Assembly: GCA_037379345.1 (NCBI GenBank)
Contig: CM074520.1
Span: 2,294,001-2,358,000, forward strand
DNA: 64,000 nt
From: Perna viridis
Taxonomy: Eukaryota
Direction of reading: 5' to 3'
Under the pieces are notes generated by a model. The model ran no database searches. It was not told where the DNA came from and was given only the letters and a program-made list of their open reading frames with translations. Numbering within the stretch: the stretch's first letter is position 1; each line of letters begins with the position of its first letter. Shown here in pieces: positions 11,968 to 23,377 of the stretch. Made by a program: the position numbers and the translations under genes.

Positions 11968-12636
11968 ATGTCTGATAGACCAGTTTTCACAGATAATTAC
12001 ATGTGCCCTGTGGCAGACTGTGGGAAAGGACATTTCCATGCCTATCGTCAGTATCAGAGGCACTGGCACAGGCATCATGTGAGACAATGTTTGAATGTTT
12101 GGGTTGTCCAGAACGGTTCTGTAGATCAAGTGAGGGAAATTTTCATCTTGTTAGGCGCCATAATTTCACACACAATCATGCATCTCAGGCGCGTAGCTGC
12201 CGTTAGGCAAAAAAGCTTTTGCCTGCACTTAATTTTGTCATTTTTTTAATAGATAAAATACATCCAGGAGAGGCATAAATGATGCTCTAAAACGCTATCT
12301 CCGCGGAGCTTGGGGGGGGGGGGCTTCGCCTCCTGTATCCCCTGCCGTAATTTTGCCTACACTTCAATTTGGCCTCAGCTACGCGCCTGCGTCTTCAGCA
12401 GTGGTGTTAATGAAGGGAATGATGGTGGATAATCCGTGGTATATCAATTCGTTGGAATGTCTCCCTCCTAGAAAAAAGGAGAAACTGTGGAGGTACGAGA
12501 AGACATTGTGGAGGTTATTGAACAAGAGTATTTACCAGTGGGAGCGTCTGTACATCGAGACATGGATTATAACTTAGTATACAGAAAAGGAAAGATTGTC
12601 ATGAAATTGATACATAAAGATGACTTTGATATATAA
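11968..12636 (+). pseudogene. Third Gypsy ORF: two-C2H2 zinc-finger protein (~153 aa reconstructed), disrupted by two 1-nt frameshifts and a MITE
   Basis: CPVADC-x13-HWHRHH and CLGC-PERF-x8-HLVRRH; splice acceptor TTACTTACCCTGTTATTTTACAG directly before tATG; removing the MITE restores the frame. Confidence 0.7.
12186..12389. mobile_element. MITE inserted in Gypsy ORF3
   Basis: 14-bp TIRs CAGGCGCGTAGCTG / CAGCTACGCGCCTG; imperfect 5-bp TSD CATCT/CGTCT. Confidence 0.85.
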
Positions 12637-12726
12637 TTATGTTTTATTTGTTCATTTGTTTATTGAGTTTCATGTATTTGTTTTATGTAGACCATTTTCA
12701 ATATTTTGTTATTTTTTAATGGTCTA

Positions 12727-12737
12727 GGTAGTGGGAA
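12727..12737 (+). promoter_or_regulatory. Polypurine tract
   Basis: GGTAGTGGGAA immediately before the 3' LTR. Confidence 0.6.
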
Positions 12738-12891
12738 TGTGGCGGATAGCGTCTTTAATTTGCATTCATTTTTAATAAATAACTTCAACAGAGGTTTCCA
12801 AAATCATTATATCTTATGTTTGAGTGATATTTGGGTTTAATTTGGTCTTTTGTCTCTTACTTCGTTAGGTCCATTATGGTTGTCCGTGAAC
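12738..12891 (+). repeat. 3' LTR, truncated
   Basis: ~95% identical to the start of the 5' LTR; similarity stops at 12891, where the MULE-like element begins. Confidence 0.9.
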
Positions 12892-14493
12892 CGGTCTCAA
12901 TAATTACCGACAAAGATCTCCAAGAAGCGACAAGAAATCGATTTCGCGACAAGAAGCGACAAGAAGTTTGAATTAGCGACAAGAAACTAAAAACTGCCGA
13001 CAAGAGGAGAGAGACTATATTTATTTGCTGTTTGAATTATAAAAAGAAAAAATAGAAATAATTGTAAGTAGTTATAAATCTGGTTATATTTAAAAAAAAT
13101 GTACATGCAAAGTTGATAAAAACAGAGACATTGATACACATTTGTGTCTCTGGTAAATATTTGCCATATAAGGTTTAAAAGTTCGAGAAACTAATATTAA
13201 TCAAATTTATCATTTTCAATGACATTTTAAAATATACTACTGAAATAAATTGAAAAGGGCGAAAAATAACGTAATTTGCAAAAAGATTTGAGTTTTAAAA
13301 TGCTATGTTTTTATCAAAAGATTAAGGTATATGTTATCTATTTCTTTGATGTTGTATGCTATTTTTATTTTTAAAAATATTTGAAATAATTCTTAAAGAA
13401 TGCAGATATGCCAGGATACTAGATCATTCTAAGTTCCGATAGATTTTTATATTTACGCATATCACTCAGCCAATCGGATCAATTAAGTTATGACATTCAT
13501 CCACGCGCCAGTCAACCAGGTGTTAATCACTGACTTACGGTAGCACGTGGGCTTTTAAAAGAAGCAAAAGTATCTAATGCATAAAAATGATAATCCTTCA
13601 AACAAACAGAATGTGGCTGACGATATGCAAAGCGTTATTAGCATGAATTCTGCCAAACATCCTTTTATAAAAGAGATAGTTCAGACCTCCGGCAAGCCTC
13701 CAAATGTTATTTGCTATATTGATTTTCAAATGAAGCATTTTGCCAGTGCCTGCAGGTCTTCTATCATTGGTGTTGACAGAACATTTAACCTTGGTGCTTG
13801 TTATGTCACGACAACTGCGTTTCAAGAAAACACACTCTGTACACGATACTTGAGCGAAAATGTGTCAAGGCATTTAAGAAACAAGGTGTGAATGAGAAAG
13901 TCTCCTAGCAAATAATAACAGACATATTTGGAGCTCAAGGTTTTATAGAGACCAACTGTCGACTTTACATCGCAAGCGGCAGAAATCGAACGCAAATGCG
14001 AAGACCTAATTGGTCCTTACTTAACGGGCAATATTATTCCTACTATCAAGGAATATGTTTATAAAGCTCGAAAAACGGAATCTAGAATTCCTCTGCAATG
14101 GAAAATGAATCTATTAATCACATCTTGAATTAAATTAGGAGTGGAAGCCAGAAAAGCTGCCAGAGTTGATCAACAAAATCCATAAAGAGATTACACTGCA
14201 AGGAAGCTTAATACATGGTACACTTTAAGCACGCGGAGACTATGAGTTGTCTCGTGTTACCAGTCACTTGCAGTGTACAAAATCACTCTGGCAGAGCAAA
14301 TCTGAAAAAAAAAAATGACTCTGTCGCAAAAATTGATGTGCTCTGGCGGAAAGGGTGTTAAGACATCAAGCAATGTTATAACATCTACTGATAGGGAACT
14401 GGTGATTCCCAAAACAAGTGATTGTGCCAGAAAGCCTGGCCAGAGCATAAGGTCGGCAAAAACACACTCAGCTAAGAAGCAAAAGCTTCATTA
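12892..14493 (+). mobile_element. MULE/Mutator-like DNA transposon: left end plus decayed transposase
   Basis: End CGGTCTCAATAATTACCGAC with GCGACAAGAA subterminal repeats; SIIGVDRTFNLGACYVTTT (13577-13891) and ESINHIL (~14107) catalytic-type motifs. Confidence 0.72.
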
Positions 14494-14732
14494 GTACGAG
14501 AAAATGGATGCGGCAAATACAACTCCTGTACCCTTCAACACAGTCAGTTAATGTTGTATAAATGTTTATATGTAAATATTAATAAAAATAATAATAATAA
14601 AAAAAAATAAATAAAAAATCGCATGACAAAAGAAAAATATACAAAATTTAGAAAATTCATAAATGATATCCGCAAATTTTAACATAAAAATGATTTGAGT
14701 AAATTTCAACGCTTATCTTTATTAGTATTTTG

Positions 14733-15020
14733 TTTTATACCTATTTTGTGTTTATTTAGGTTACTAGTATGCGCTGGTGTTTATTACGTTTTACACCTAT
14801 TTTGTGTTTATTTAGGTTACTAGTATGCGCTGGTGTTTATTACGTTTTATACCTATTTTGTGTTTATTTAGGTTACCAGTATGCGCTGGTGTTTATTTAG
14901 GTTACTAGTATGCGCTGGTGTTTATTTAGGTTACTAGTATGCGCTGGTGTTTAGTTAGGTTACCAGTATGCGCTGGTGTTTATTTAGGTTACTAGTATGC
15001 GCTGGTGTTTATTACGTTTT
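14733..15020. repeat. Compound minisatellite (29-bp unit within a 56-bp unit)
   Basis: TTATTTAGGTTACTAGTATGCGCTGGTGT repeated, some copies with a 27-bp spacer. Confidence 0.9.
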
Positions 15021-15646
15021 ACCATATCCTTAACATCAATGTAACATTTAATTGTAGACAACTCGAATTGAAATGAACAACGGACCCTGATAAGAGGTTG
15101 GATGTCAATTATTTTTAATTGGATCTTTGTTCATTCAAACCAAATTGATCAGCATTTTTTAGTTCGTAGTAAAAGTTGTTTATTGTCGTAAATAACGTAG
15201 AGTTAAACTTGATATCTTATAAATAACTATAAAAAGGACCTAATTCTTTGCATTTGAAGCTAAACGGGGTATGCCAATTATAGAACTTTTGTCCTGCGGC
15301 GGTTTCACTTGTAAGAGAAAGTTGCAGATGCCAACAGGCTTCACAAATCCTCTGTCGTCTGTTATATGTACCTATTCTGATTTTCGAAAGAAACAAAATG
15401 GACATCGCATCAATAAAAGTTCCAGCCAATATTCCTGCTGTAGTTAACCAAGGACTACATAATAATATAACACTAACAGTTAATATAAAGTCCAATATTC
15501 TGGCAGTTTACAAAGAAAAGTTCTAATTTTGCAGTAAAGTGTGAAGTTGTTTTAGATTCGAACAGTACATGTATCAAAATCTAAATAATTAGTTTTAAAG
15601 ATATCTTTTAAAATCCTTAAAATAATATCTAAAAGTGATAGTTAAG

Positions 15647-16024
15647 AAAGCTAAGATACCATATAAATGTTCTGTATCATACAACAGCTAAGATACCATA
15701 TAAATGTTCTGTATCATACAAAAGCTAAGATACCATATAAATGTTCTGTATCATACAAAAGCTAAGATACCATATAAATGTTCTGTATCATACAAAAGCT
15801 AAGATACCATATAAATGTTCTGTATCATACAAAAGCTAAGATACCATATAAATGTTCTGTATCATACAAAAAGCTAAGATACCATATAAATGTTCTGTAT
15901 CATACAAAAGCTAAGATACCATATAAATGTTCTGTATCATACAAAAGCTAAGATACCATATAAATGTTCTGTATCATACAAAAGCTAAGATACCATATAA
16001 ATGTTCTGTATCATACAAAAAGCT
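15647..16024. repeat. 37-bp tandem repeat, ~10 near-identical copies
   Basis: AAGCTAAGATACCATATAAATGTTCTGTATCATACAA. Confidence 0.95.
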
Positions 16025-16538
16025 GGTTTAAACTTCATTATTAAACAATGGCAATAATAGGGGATAGAGAAGAAAATCAGAAATTCTGCAAATTCTCCTT
16101 TTTACGACTTTATTATAACTTTTTACTGCAGCATAAATACTCTTGGGTTTTTGGTTATTTAGTGATACCTATATATGTTTGTTTACTTATATAAAGAAGC
16201 CAGATTATTAATAAGAATAATAAAAACAAAAACAAAACAAATATCGTAATTTTGCCTCAGAGGAGAAAAAAGTGAATAGAAAAAAAATGGTTCAGCGACA
16301 AAATGATTCATCACTGAGAGGTATAAGGGTACCTGAAAATCATGTTTTGGTTAATGACTGTGGGGGTACACGGGGGGAGGGGGGAGGGGGGCGGTGGGTA
16401 GGTGGGTATCTCTGTCCACGCACTAAAATAACAAAAAAATAATAAAACAAACAAACAAACAGGCAGTCAAACAAAATACCCAACCAACCGAATTTGACTA
16501 CAAATAAGAAGTTTCAACAATTGTGTAAACTTTGTTTA

Positions 16539-16950
16539 AAGAGTAATCTAGGGTCTGAGATCATTTCGATTGTTTGAATACTCTCTACAACTTTGTTCTT
16601 TCTTAATGTTACATCAAAATCCCTACAATTTATTGCAGAAATAATAACTTCCCTACTCTTAATATTAACTAAAGTACTTGAAAGAGTGATCAAGGGAATC
16701 AAGGTTATAGCGGTAATCAAAGAGTAATCAAGGGAATCAAGGTTATAGCGGTAATCAAAAGAATGCAATCCAGGGACAAAGACCAGACATGGGAAACGGA
16801 CATACACAACAAAGAACATAAAGTAACTAAAATCATACATACAAAGTAACAAAAGTAAATGAGCAACTCGGACTCCACTAAAAACTGGGAGCATATGGAC
16901 CAGGTGCACCGGTAGGGTAAGCGTTCTCTGCTTTTCTAGAAACAGACATG
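16539..16950 (-). mobile_element. Penelope-like 3' tail fused to a copy of Gypsy pol sequence
   Basis: Tail AGCAGAGAACGCTTACCCTACCGG...GATTACTCTT (16950-16720), 38-bp duplication (16682-16719), pol copy 16549-16681 matching 7828-7945, then GATTACTCTT again. Confidence 0.8.
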
Positions 16951-17499
16951 TCCCTTAAAAGAAGGAACAATATCGATTTTGTGATTATTTTTATCTTAGC
17001 AAATCCTCTGAGATTAATATGTGTAAATTTTGTTAATTAACGTTTAGTTTTCTCTTTGTTTATTTGCGTTTACTTGTGTGTGTGTGTGTGATATCTTGCT
17101 GAATTGCAATCCGTTTGCAGTTTTTATTACCGTTCAGCGTGTGTGTGTGTGTTTAGATGTAGTTATTTCACGTTTATTTTTCTGTTTATTTTTGTTGATT
17201 TTTTGCATGTTTTTTTTTGCTGATTCACTTTTAGTTTTATGTGTATTGTTTAGCTTATTTGTGCATATCTCTTTTTTCAATGTTTGAGTATATAAAGGGA
17301 ATTTTTCAGAAATTCAGATTTTTAAAACATTTTTCCATTTCACATTGTCCCCAAATATCATGGTATAAATATGACTGTGAACATATTTACTTAAATTGGT
17401 AAGTCTTTCAGCTTATGAATAAGCACATGTGATGAGTATCGGTAATTGACACACCTATACCATTTTTATCATTTTACAATTATCATCAATCTGCTTTCA

Positions 17500-18225
17500 T
17501 TTCTTAGTAATGTGTAAAACCGGATAAAAAAAAATACACTTCCGAGAACCATAACTCCAAGAAAGGTCAACAGATTTTTCCGAAATTAGCACCACTAATA
17601 GATACTGAAGACCAATTTACATTAATCATCAAAACACTTTTCTAAATAATAGGCAAAAGCTGCCAAAAAGGGTAAAGTTAGCAAAAAAAGTGCAATAACT
17701 CCAATATAAGTCAATTATCTTGAAATTTTCAGGGAAGATAGATCTCCTCAAGCCAAAAAGCTAAGACATCTCGGATTTCTTCTATCTTATGGTTTTTGAG
17801 ATATAAACAAAAATAAGGATTATAATTTTGGGAGTAAACATGCCCAGGATGTTTGTCACCAAGTTTTATCAAATTTTATTTAGTGGATTCAGAGGAGATT
17901 TTTAAGGAGGTAGACCTAGAGGGAGGGATGCAACTCTTAGAAATTATTGGAATGTTTGTATTCATAATTTTACATCAATCTCATGTAAGCATCAAAGTAG
18001 CTTGAACTTGATTTCATTCTGTTTCAAATGGATGCTTGATGGGCTTTGGTGAAATTGAATATAATACAAACTATCACTGATTTCAAGACTTATGTCCCTT
18101 ACCCAAAGTCTACCACCTTAAAGTAAGTTAATGAAGGACAACAGACCACTCAGATGCCCATGACAATGACAGATGCCAAGTGATGATAAAAGCTCACAAG
18201 GCCTTTTTGGCTAGGTGAGCTAAGA
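17500..18225 (+). repeat. Decayed interspersed repeat with a 3' hairpin (Helentron/HINE-like); boundaries approximate
   Basis: Ends GATGCCAAGTGATGATAAAAGCTCACAAGGCCTTTTTGGCTAGGTGAGCT with an AGCTCAC/GTGAGCT hairpin; a possibly related 5' end occurs at 40945. Confidence 0.45.
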
Positions 18226-21200
18226 AAAGTTGATTTTTTTTGGGTGCGGCCAAATTTTGTACCCCTTTAACTAATAAAAAAAAGGTAAAAGATAAGCCTA
18301 CCTTGTCAAACAAATTCAAAACAGTGTTTCAAAAGGAACAGAATGACATCTGAATCATAAAAATCTTGTTAACCATTAGCTTTTTCTTTGATAACACCTA
18401 TTTTCACACTATTAGCCCCTTATTTTCAAAAGGGGTGGAGCAAAAACCTAAAAAAAAACTAGGGTCCTCCATGTTGTCCCTAGGAACAATGGCTGACAAT
18501 TTCAAAGAGACTGGATAAGTTTTACTCAAGTTTTTGTAAATAAACTAAAATTGATGGTTGCTAATGACGACAGGGTGATACCATTATACGACTGAAAATT
18601 TGTATGCAGTCATATAAAAAGCAAGTATACCTCTACTGAGGAGAATATTTCATGGACCTAACCATCATAATATTTTGGTTGTCAGACATGTCCCTTTGAT
18701 GTCTGTCTAATCAGTAACACCAATTTCTGTTACTAGTAGCATCTAAATTCATTTCTTGCTTGCACATAAATATGGACCTTCTTGGATCAGAAAACAATTT
18801 AAGGTGAGTTGAAAAAGTCAAATTTTGTTTCTATATATATTTTATTTTTTTCATGTACATTTTAGAAATAAAAATGCTTCATTTTTTGCAACAATACAAT
18901 ATGACTTCATGACAATGATCTACATGAAAATCATAAAAAAATATGACACATGCATGGAGTTACCTCCCATTACTTACAGACACAGGAATTACCTCCCCTT
19001 AATAATTTGCATATCATGATGAGGAATGAATCAATAACATGCTTTTTAATATAGGTATGGTACAAAATGGAGGCAACTCTACGAACTTAAGGAAAAGAAG
19101 AAAAATTAATTTGATTGTCAAAAATATACGCAATAAATATAATCCAAATCAGGCCTAGATCAAGTCATAGATTTTAATTATATGGGGAAACACCATGTGT
19201 GAATAATGAACCAAATGAGCAAAAATTCTAATTAAGTTAATAAAATTTGAAGATATTTAGATAGTTCTACCAACACTATATTGCACTGAACAAAATGCTG
19301 AAGTAGTTATATTGCATAGATATCAAAAAAATAAAAAGTAAAATACTAAAAACTAAGGATAGAAAAAGTACCCAAGCAATGTGCAATTGTTTTATTTGAG
19401 TATTAAAAAAGTGGTGAAAAAGGAAAATAAAAAGCAATGAAATAGATGTTGTTTGATCTGAGAACTCTTCCTAAAGACATGCATATTAAATTCTCCATTA
19501 AGTTTACAGTATTCCCCCAATAAAACTGTTCAATTTTGATTTTTCAACATTTGAAACCATGATAAAATCTAGTCCTTTTTATCGAGAGTCGAGATCCTTC
19601 TTTACTTAAATACATAAAAAGAGAATGAATGCCGGACTTATAGAGAAACTCATTTCATAAACCAAATATTATCTTGAAACCACATTTTGTACAGAACTAA
19701 GCAAATAAAATAAGCCTGATGTAAATTCCTTGCAAAAATTAATCACAGAAAAATATCCAAGAATTCAACCTTCCAGATTCTGAACCACTGCTATAAAATA
19801 TGAATTACAAAATATAGCATTAATATTTTAGACCTGCATTACTTAAAAAATGGCGAAACTTAGAAATTCTACACTGGTGAATTTGTAAATAAACCTAAAA
19901 TTTGAATAGAATTTCAGTTAAAACATAGATGACTTCCAAATTGTTTTACAATACTGTACTTTACTGTACTTATAAAGTATCAACTGTACTGTCATCAGAG
20001 GTACCACTATTAATTCAGACAAAAATTATTGCAATGTCCATAATATCATTGCAAAAAATGTGCCTGACTTTAAAATCCCAATAATTAAAAATGATATAGT
20101 GGAATTTTCAACAAACATTTTCTTACTGTGTTATTTTTTTTTGCAAAAATTCTTATTTTTGACTTACATGACAAAGTCGCAATAATTAGTGCACACAATA
20201 ATTTCTGAATTTACAGTGTTACAATACAAAGGGACTAGCATGAAACTTATTGCAATAATAACAATGACATCATAATATATTTGGCACAATACACAAAATA
20301 TATATCAGCTCACTTACACACATACAACCTTACACACAACCATGTCATCTAGCATTGATACATGTAGCTCGTACAGTCACATATTTTAAGTTTTTTTAAT
20401 TAAAATCTACTTGTTTTAATACAAAATATCTGACCATTGATAGGTTTCTTTATTATCAAATTCAACAATGAAAACAATGTAATATAATTAAACTTTGGTT
20501 TCTCATCAATCTAAATCGAGTATACACAACTGGATTTTGTATTGGCAGTGGGGTATTTAGACATTCCATTAGAATATCTTCAAAGCATAACTTAGCTAGA
20601 CAGCAGCTGATATAGGCACTAACACATGTTTCAGAATGAACCAATGAACTATCAACCTTTATTTATAGTAGGGTTCTGTGCTCCCAGTATACATGTAAGT
20701 ATTGTCACCTATTTAAGACAGCTTTAGCTTTGTGACCTAAATTGTGGAACAAATTAACATGGAACTTTATTAACATGAAATTTGATAACAAGAACAACCT
20801 TTAACAAAACTTAGCACTATTGTTGAATAATGTTTATATAAAAGATTATGAAGAAAAGTTCATTAACCAAATTTTTTCCCAGTTAAAAGAACTTAACTGG
20901 GTAAAATGAGTATGGTATAGATAAGTTTTTTTCCATGTTCCAATTTGGTTTGTGAGTCAAGTAAATTGTTTATGGCAATGTAATATCCACATCTCATCAA
21001 TTCACACATTTTCATCCAGTAAAGAAGCAAGAAAAGCTATATTCAACATATGTTTCTAGCTTAGCTTTTAACAGACCTGTATAATCGAACTTAAAGTTCT
21101 AAAAATGTCATCATCACATTTATTATGTATTTCAACAAGTTCACAGCACATAATTTACATATTTACATGTAATTACATGAAAATACAATAAATAATTACA

Positions 21201-21809
21201 TCTTTGTCACACATATATAATTTACCATCACTGAATAAACAATGGTTTTGATTTTACAAACACTAAATGTATATATGATATTGCATTGTAAATTTGAACC
21301 AGAGAGGGGAGGTAACTTACGCAAATCCTCAACCAGAGTTAACGATGAGTGCATTTATGTCATGTTGCAGAAATACAACACAATATTTCATATTAGTCAG
21401 ACTCTGTTCTGCTATAAACTGAGTAAAAGTTTCTATAGAGTAAAGATTTGTTTAGATTGTGAGGAAGAAATATTTATGATTGAAATATAGGAACTGAGAG
21501 GCATCAAAGTTTAATTGAGGCTCCAGTTACATTACAATGTAAGTAAAACACTTTTAAGAGCTACAAATCTGGTTCAAATTTTCAATGTCAATTTAATCAC
21601 ACATAGCACCAACATCCATTTAATTCATAATGATTTACCCTCTAAACTATATCAATAATGGTCTACCCTTTAAACATTTCTTGTTCTCAGGGATCTACAG
21701 CTCATTTAACATGGTGTAACTTGAGCAAACTAATCTCACTATTTTCAGCATTACTCAACAAAATAATTGCAAAATTATTAGCACTTGCCCAAAATGAATC
21801 CAAAATATG

Positions 21810-22678
21810 TTATCTACCCCCTTTACTTTTTGTAAATCTTATATTATTACAATCATCTGACAGTTCCGGGTATTGGTCTGTCCTTCGAATAACATGTCCC
21901 TCATATCCATGAGCACTACCTAAGTTAATAATACTCTGTTTTTCCTCCTCGTTCCACCTATAATTAGATTTCAGATTATTTTTCAGCATCCATTTTTCTC
22001 TAGCCCAGGCATGTTTCACTGCCCTGTCTTTTGCATGTCTGAAGAGTCTCTTTCTCTCCTTTTCTACTGTAGTCCCATATCTAATATTAATCACAGTATG
22101 CTTGCCATGTAGGCGAATATCTGTCTCTGGGTTTGGGTTCTGTCTGAATGCATCAATATGTTTGTTACGATGAACTGTCACATTAATATCATTCTCAAAC
22201 TGAGCCAAGTCACTTGTAATCCCAAGAGCATTAAGATCATTTCTGGCTTGTCCAGGATCAGTTTTGATTAAATGGTGAATATCCTTGCCTTTTATATTGT
22301 ATCTAAGATTTACTAGATGTGATGAATTCACAAAAATTTTTGCTAATTGTTTAGCCCACATTGGAGCATCATCACTTGTAGAAACAACAGCTTTACCGTC
22401 ATGATAAGACAATGTAACACCATCACCAAATATAAATGGGAGCGGTGATGGCTCTAAACCAGGAGTTTTTTGTAGTGGAGACACTTTTGATTTAGGAACA
22501 TTAGTCATTGAAATGAGATTGTCCATGTCTCGTAAAAAGGTGCACTTGAATGCTGAGGACATTGGCAGCAGTACATGAGGATTGTCCAGTTCCTTTGGAC
22601 GAACTTCGCCACTGTATGATATATCTGGTGCTAAACTACGGATATCATATCCAAGCATCAGCAGCCATTCACTTATTG
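21810..22678 (-). CDS. Ten-m: Teneurin last exon (ABD, Tox-GHH, TCAP)
   Basis: Acceptor ttccag; ...AWAREK...GYEGH...QYPELSDDCNNIRF..GGR*. Confidence 0.95.
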
Positions 22679-23377
22679 CTGGAATGAAATAAAAATTTAG
22701 TATTGTAGTTGTACAATGCAATCATAAACAAACTTGGCATTGTTTGAACAGATAAGAATCAATTGTCCCTTAAATAGAACAAGTTGTATACTAGTACAAT
22801 GTTTTACTGAAAGATTCTGGAAGACACTGACACCTTTACACACACACACATATATATATGCTCATACTAACAGAATAAGTATCCTTTTTGCCTCGTAATT
22901 AATAATTTTGACGGTATCAGACGGCATACAAAGTAACTCGTTGTGGTTTGGAGTCAACAGAACTTCAATTACTTTCAATAGCTTTAATTAACATCTATTT
23001 TACTAGGGCATAAGGCTACAGGCAGACAGACCAATGTGTGTAGAGCTTGATGATAATCTATCACAGTACATACTGTAGATCACAGACAATGCAAACAACT
23101 TAATGTTTGAAGATATTACATCATAATTCAAAACTAAAACTATGTTTAGTAAAACTCACTTAAGGTAACCGCTGTGCCCCACCTGTAGAAATCATATTAA
23201 CAACATTTGAACAGTTGTCAAATAACAAGTTGATGTGGCTATAGTCTGAAATATTTGAAGCTGCTGTTGCAGAGAATACTGTGACAAAACAAACAAATGG
23301 ACACAATGATCATTTTTTACCCCTCACTTCAAAGCAGGGGTATCAGTAATAAGAATTTGAGACATTAAATTACTTAC

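Larger units (their letters stand above)
3249..12891 (+). mobile_element. Ty3/Gypsy LTR retrotransposon, decayed, with nested insertions; 3' LTR truncated
   Basis: Matching LTR starts TGTGGCGGATA at 3249 and 12738; PBS; PPT; domain order gag-PR-RT-RH-INT. Confidence 0.95.

Noticed and set aside
15217-15495. ORF with a signal-peptide-like N-terminus
   Set aside because: TTG start, no recognisable domain, lies between minisatellites in TE debris; not supportable as a gene
15647-16024. 37-bp repeats of CRISPR-like length
   Set aside because: Head-to-tail with no spacers, no cas genes, eukaryotic context
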